Shown one piece after another: positions 60,870 through 64,000 of a stretch of DNA of 64,000 bases. The DNA is from the human T2T-CHM13v2.0 reference genome, Homo sapiens. The notes under the pieces were generated by a model. That model was not told the origin of the DNA, did not search any database, and worked only from the letters and a program-made list of their open reading frames with translations. Position numbers and translations under genes: made by a program. Numbering within the stretch: position 1 is the first letter of the stretch; every line of letters begins with the position of its first letter. The stretch lies in the NCBI RefSeq assembly GCF_009914755.1, contig NC_060936.1, one strand, 5' to 3'.

Positions 60870-61752
60870 AAAGTCATTTTCATATGCTGTTTTCTCTGTC
60901 TGGAACATGCTTCTGCTTCATTTCCTACCTGAGCCCAGTCTACTCCTGCAGTCTTAGCTTAAAATTAATCAGAAATACCATTTGACCCAGCAATCCCAGT
61001 ACTGGGTATATACCCAATAGAATATAAATCATTCTATTATAAAGACACATGCACACATATGGCAACCCTATTCACAAGAGCAAAGACATGGAATCAGCCT
61101 AAATGTCCATCAATGATAGACTGGATTTCAAAAATGTGGTACATATATGCCATAGAATACTCTGCAGCCCTAAAAAGAACGAGATCATGTTCTTGCAGGG
61201 ACATGGATGGAGCTGGAGGCCACTATCCTTAGCAAACTAACACAGGAACAGAAAAACAAATACTGAATATTGTCACTTATAAGTGACAGCTAAATGATGA
61301 GAACACATGGACACATAGAGGGGAACAACCCACACTGGGGCTTTTTTGGAGAGTGGAGGGTAGGAGGAGGGGGAGGATCAGAAAAAATAACTAATGTGTA
61401 CTAGGCTTAATACCTGAGTGATGAAATAATCTATACAAGAAACCCCCATGACATACATTAACCTATGTAACGAACCTGCACTTGTACCCCTGAGTTTAAA
61501 ATAAAAGTTAGAAAAAAAATCATCTCCTCCAAGAAGCCTTCTTTGGCTTACCTTCCTCTCCTACCTTCTTCAAGAATCATGACTGTGCTCCCATACTCCC
61601 ATAGTACTTTCTTGTAATTGATTGTTTAATTTTCTCTCCGACTAAACTGTAAGTTCCATGACAATAGTCTTGCTCCTGTTCTATTCCCATTAGCTGCAGG
61701 ATGCCTCGTATATAGCTGGTGCCTAATAAATATATGCTGAATGAATGAATGA
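60870..61752 (+). mobile_element. L2 3' end interrupted by an L1
   Basis: 'catatgctgttttctctgtctggaacatgct', 'ctcctccaagaagccttct', and the terminal 'aataaatatatgctgaatgaatgaatgaa'. Confidence 0.75.
60971..61519 (+). mobile_element. L1PA11-13-like 3' end
   Basis: 'agaaataccatttgacccagcaatccca...aacccccatgaca...gtacccctgagtttaaaataaaagtt'. Confidence 0.88.
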
Positions 61753-61754
61753 AA

Positions 61755-61980
61755 ATAACCACCTATTTAGTACTGACTAAATTACACACTGTACCAAGCA
61801 CTTTATATGCATTATCTCATTTAGCCCTCCAGTAGCTCCAGGCAGAATCACTGTTATTGTTCCCATTTCACACATGAGGAAACTAAGCCTTGGAATGAAA
61901 AACTGGACCAAAAGCATATGGCTAATAAGCAACAGAGCAAGGACTAAAATCAGGGACTCAGCTTGAGCTCTTAAACTGTA
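61755..61980 (-). mobile_element. MIR
   Basis: 'aagcactttatatgcattatctcatttagccctc...cccatttcacacatgaggaaactaag'. Confidence 0.7.
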
Positions 61981-63283
61981 TATTATAATTATTTATCCCT
62001 GGTCTTCGCTGTTACATTTACCCTTTTGTTTCTGATGTTCTGGGATCACAACATGTTAGGCCCACATTAAAGGCTTTTGTAGTGACTGAAGAAATTAATA
62101 CAATCTTAAAATGTTTTTAAGTTTCCTTTCTTAATTTCCCTCTCCTCCTAGCTAATATTTTCACATGTTCTGAACCTGAAATTCTGTTAATGTGCCTCTA
62201 CTATATGGTTAAGAGATTTCTTGTTTCACTTTTGTTAATATGAGGGGAGATTACAGATGACCTTAAATTGGAGTTCAAATATTATGCTCTTTTGCTCTTA
62301 GTAAATCTTTTTGTTTCCATAATTGCATCTGATGCTAATGTTACTTTTTAAATAAATGTTCTGTCTCCAAAGGGAAATTTGAAGTGAGTTGTGCCCTTTC
62401 TTTTGCAAGCTTCCTGATTAATATCTTTCTAATCTTAGATGATTACATATGTTTTTGAGAGGCAGAGAAAGATGATTGCCTACAAAGTCCCTGTTTCCTA
62501 GAACCAGGTCTTGTAGAAATTCTTGATCAAATTACCAAAAGTAAACTTGCAGTAATTTAAACGTTTGCATGATTTTCTGTTGTTGGATTCATTAACATGT
62601 ATATTATAATAAGTCATTTAATGTTACTTTCTAATAATATTTGTGAAGAAAAGAGCAGATTCGGGGGTTATAAAAAACACCAATAAAATATGATTAGCAT
62701 TCAGTTGTATGCAACATAACCAAATCCCTAGAACAGATTTAATTTTATTGTTACTACAAAAATCTTTAATTTGCTCTACATAATTATTTTGGGTTTTATA
62801 GAAATTAAGGAGTTTAGTTACATGTCTTAATTACTAGACAATTAAAATAATTGCTTTTGAACATTACCACAAATGTATATACAGTACTGAAGATCAAATT
62901 TATTTGTCTTCCATGGAATCTTATAATGTACTACTATCTGTAGCACTGCTAAAGTCAATGGGCAATACACATATGACAGATAATAAAGAACTGTGTAGGA
63001 GTAAACATTTGTCACTTTTCTATTACAGATTATATAATCCTCAAAAATATAATGTTAATGTTTGAGGAGATTTTGCTGGATATTTTAAAGCTAAAATTTT
63101 AATTTAATTACTGATTATGGTCTATGTATCATTCAAAACAGTATTGCTTGCAGACCAAACTAAAGGTTTAAATCAGTTCTTAAAGCATCTAATCTCAGGA
63201 AGACAAAGCATAAAAGAGGGATCTGTTTAGCTGAGCATCTGCCACTTCTATCATTGTCTACACAAGGTGGCTTTTTGTTTCTG

Positions 63284-64000
63284 TTTTTTTTTTTAATACT
63301 TTAAGTTCAAGGGTACATGTGCACAACGTGCAGGTTTGGTACATAGGTATACATGTGCCATGTTGGTTTGCTGCACCCTTCAACTCATCATTTACATTAG
63401 GTAATTCTCCTAATGCTATCCCTCCCCAAGGCCTCCACCCTCTGACAGGCCCTGGTGTGTGATGTTCCCCGCCCTGTGTCCAAGTGATCTCATTGTTCAA
63501 TTCCCACCTATGCGTGAGAACATGCGGTGTTTGGTTTTCTGTCCTTGTGATAATTTGCTGAGAATGATGGTTTCCAGCTTCATCCATGTCCCTGCAAAGG
63601 ATATGAACTCATCCTTTTTTATGGCTGCATAGTATTCCATGGTATATATGTGCCACATTTTCTTAATCTAGTCTATCACTGATGGTCATTTGGGTTGGTT
63701 CCAAGTCTTTGCTATTGTGAATAGTGCCGCAATGAACATATGTGTGCATGTGTCTTTATGGTAGCATGATATATAATCCTTTGGGTATATACCCAGTAAT
63801 GGGATTGCTGGGTCAAATCGTAACTCTAGTTCTAGATCCTTGAGGAACTGCCACTCTGCCTTCCACAATGGTTGAACTAGTTTACACTCCCACCAACAGT
63901 GTAAAAGTGTTCCTGTTTCTCCACATCCTCTCCAGCATGTTGTTTTCTGACTTTTTAATGATTGTCATTCTAACTGGCGTGAGATGGTATCTCATTGTGA
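63284..64000 (-). mobile_element. L1PA6-like 3' end (continues beyond the window)
   Basis: 'acataggtatacatgtgccatgttggtttg' and 'ttccccgccctgtgtccaagtg'. ORF 63686-63868 is the ORF2p C-terminus. Confidence 0.92.

Overview
This is AT-rich, CpG-depleted primate nuclear DNA. It is almost certainly human, because it carries an AluYb8. It reads as intronic or intergenic and is dominated by interspersed repeats: a decayed ERV-L provirus remnant (RT, RNase H, integrase, dUTPase and 3' LTR) with nested MSTA and Alu insertions, several L1s of different ages (one a twin-primed inverted L1PA2/3-like copy), a near full-length Tigger4 DNA transposon, MaLR LTRs, about 15 Alus, MIR/L2/L3 relics and microsatellites. 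I cannot support any host protein-coding exon, RNA gene, CpG island or CRISPR array. All long ORFs in the track come from L1 ORF2, Tigger4, Alu or simple repeats. I found no convincing novel biological system. The most unusual structures not explained by repeat families are: a ~180-bp inverted MER33 duplication with a fold-back palindrome at its breakpoint (6.7-7.8 kb), a nested 107-bp palindrome (12.2 kb), an AT-rich inverted-repeat complex (39.4-39.7 kb), a perfect 62-bp tandem duplication (31.4 kb), and an AluYb8 with a 10-bp deletion. Subfamily names come from recalled consensus sequences, and boundaries of old repeats are approximate.
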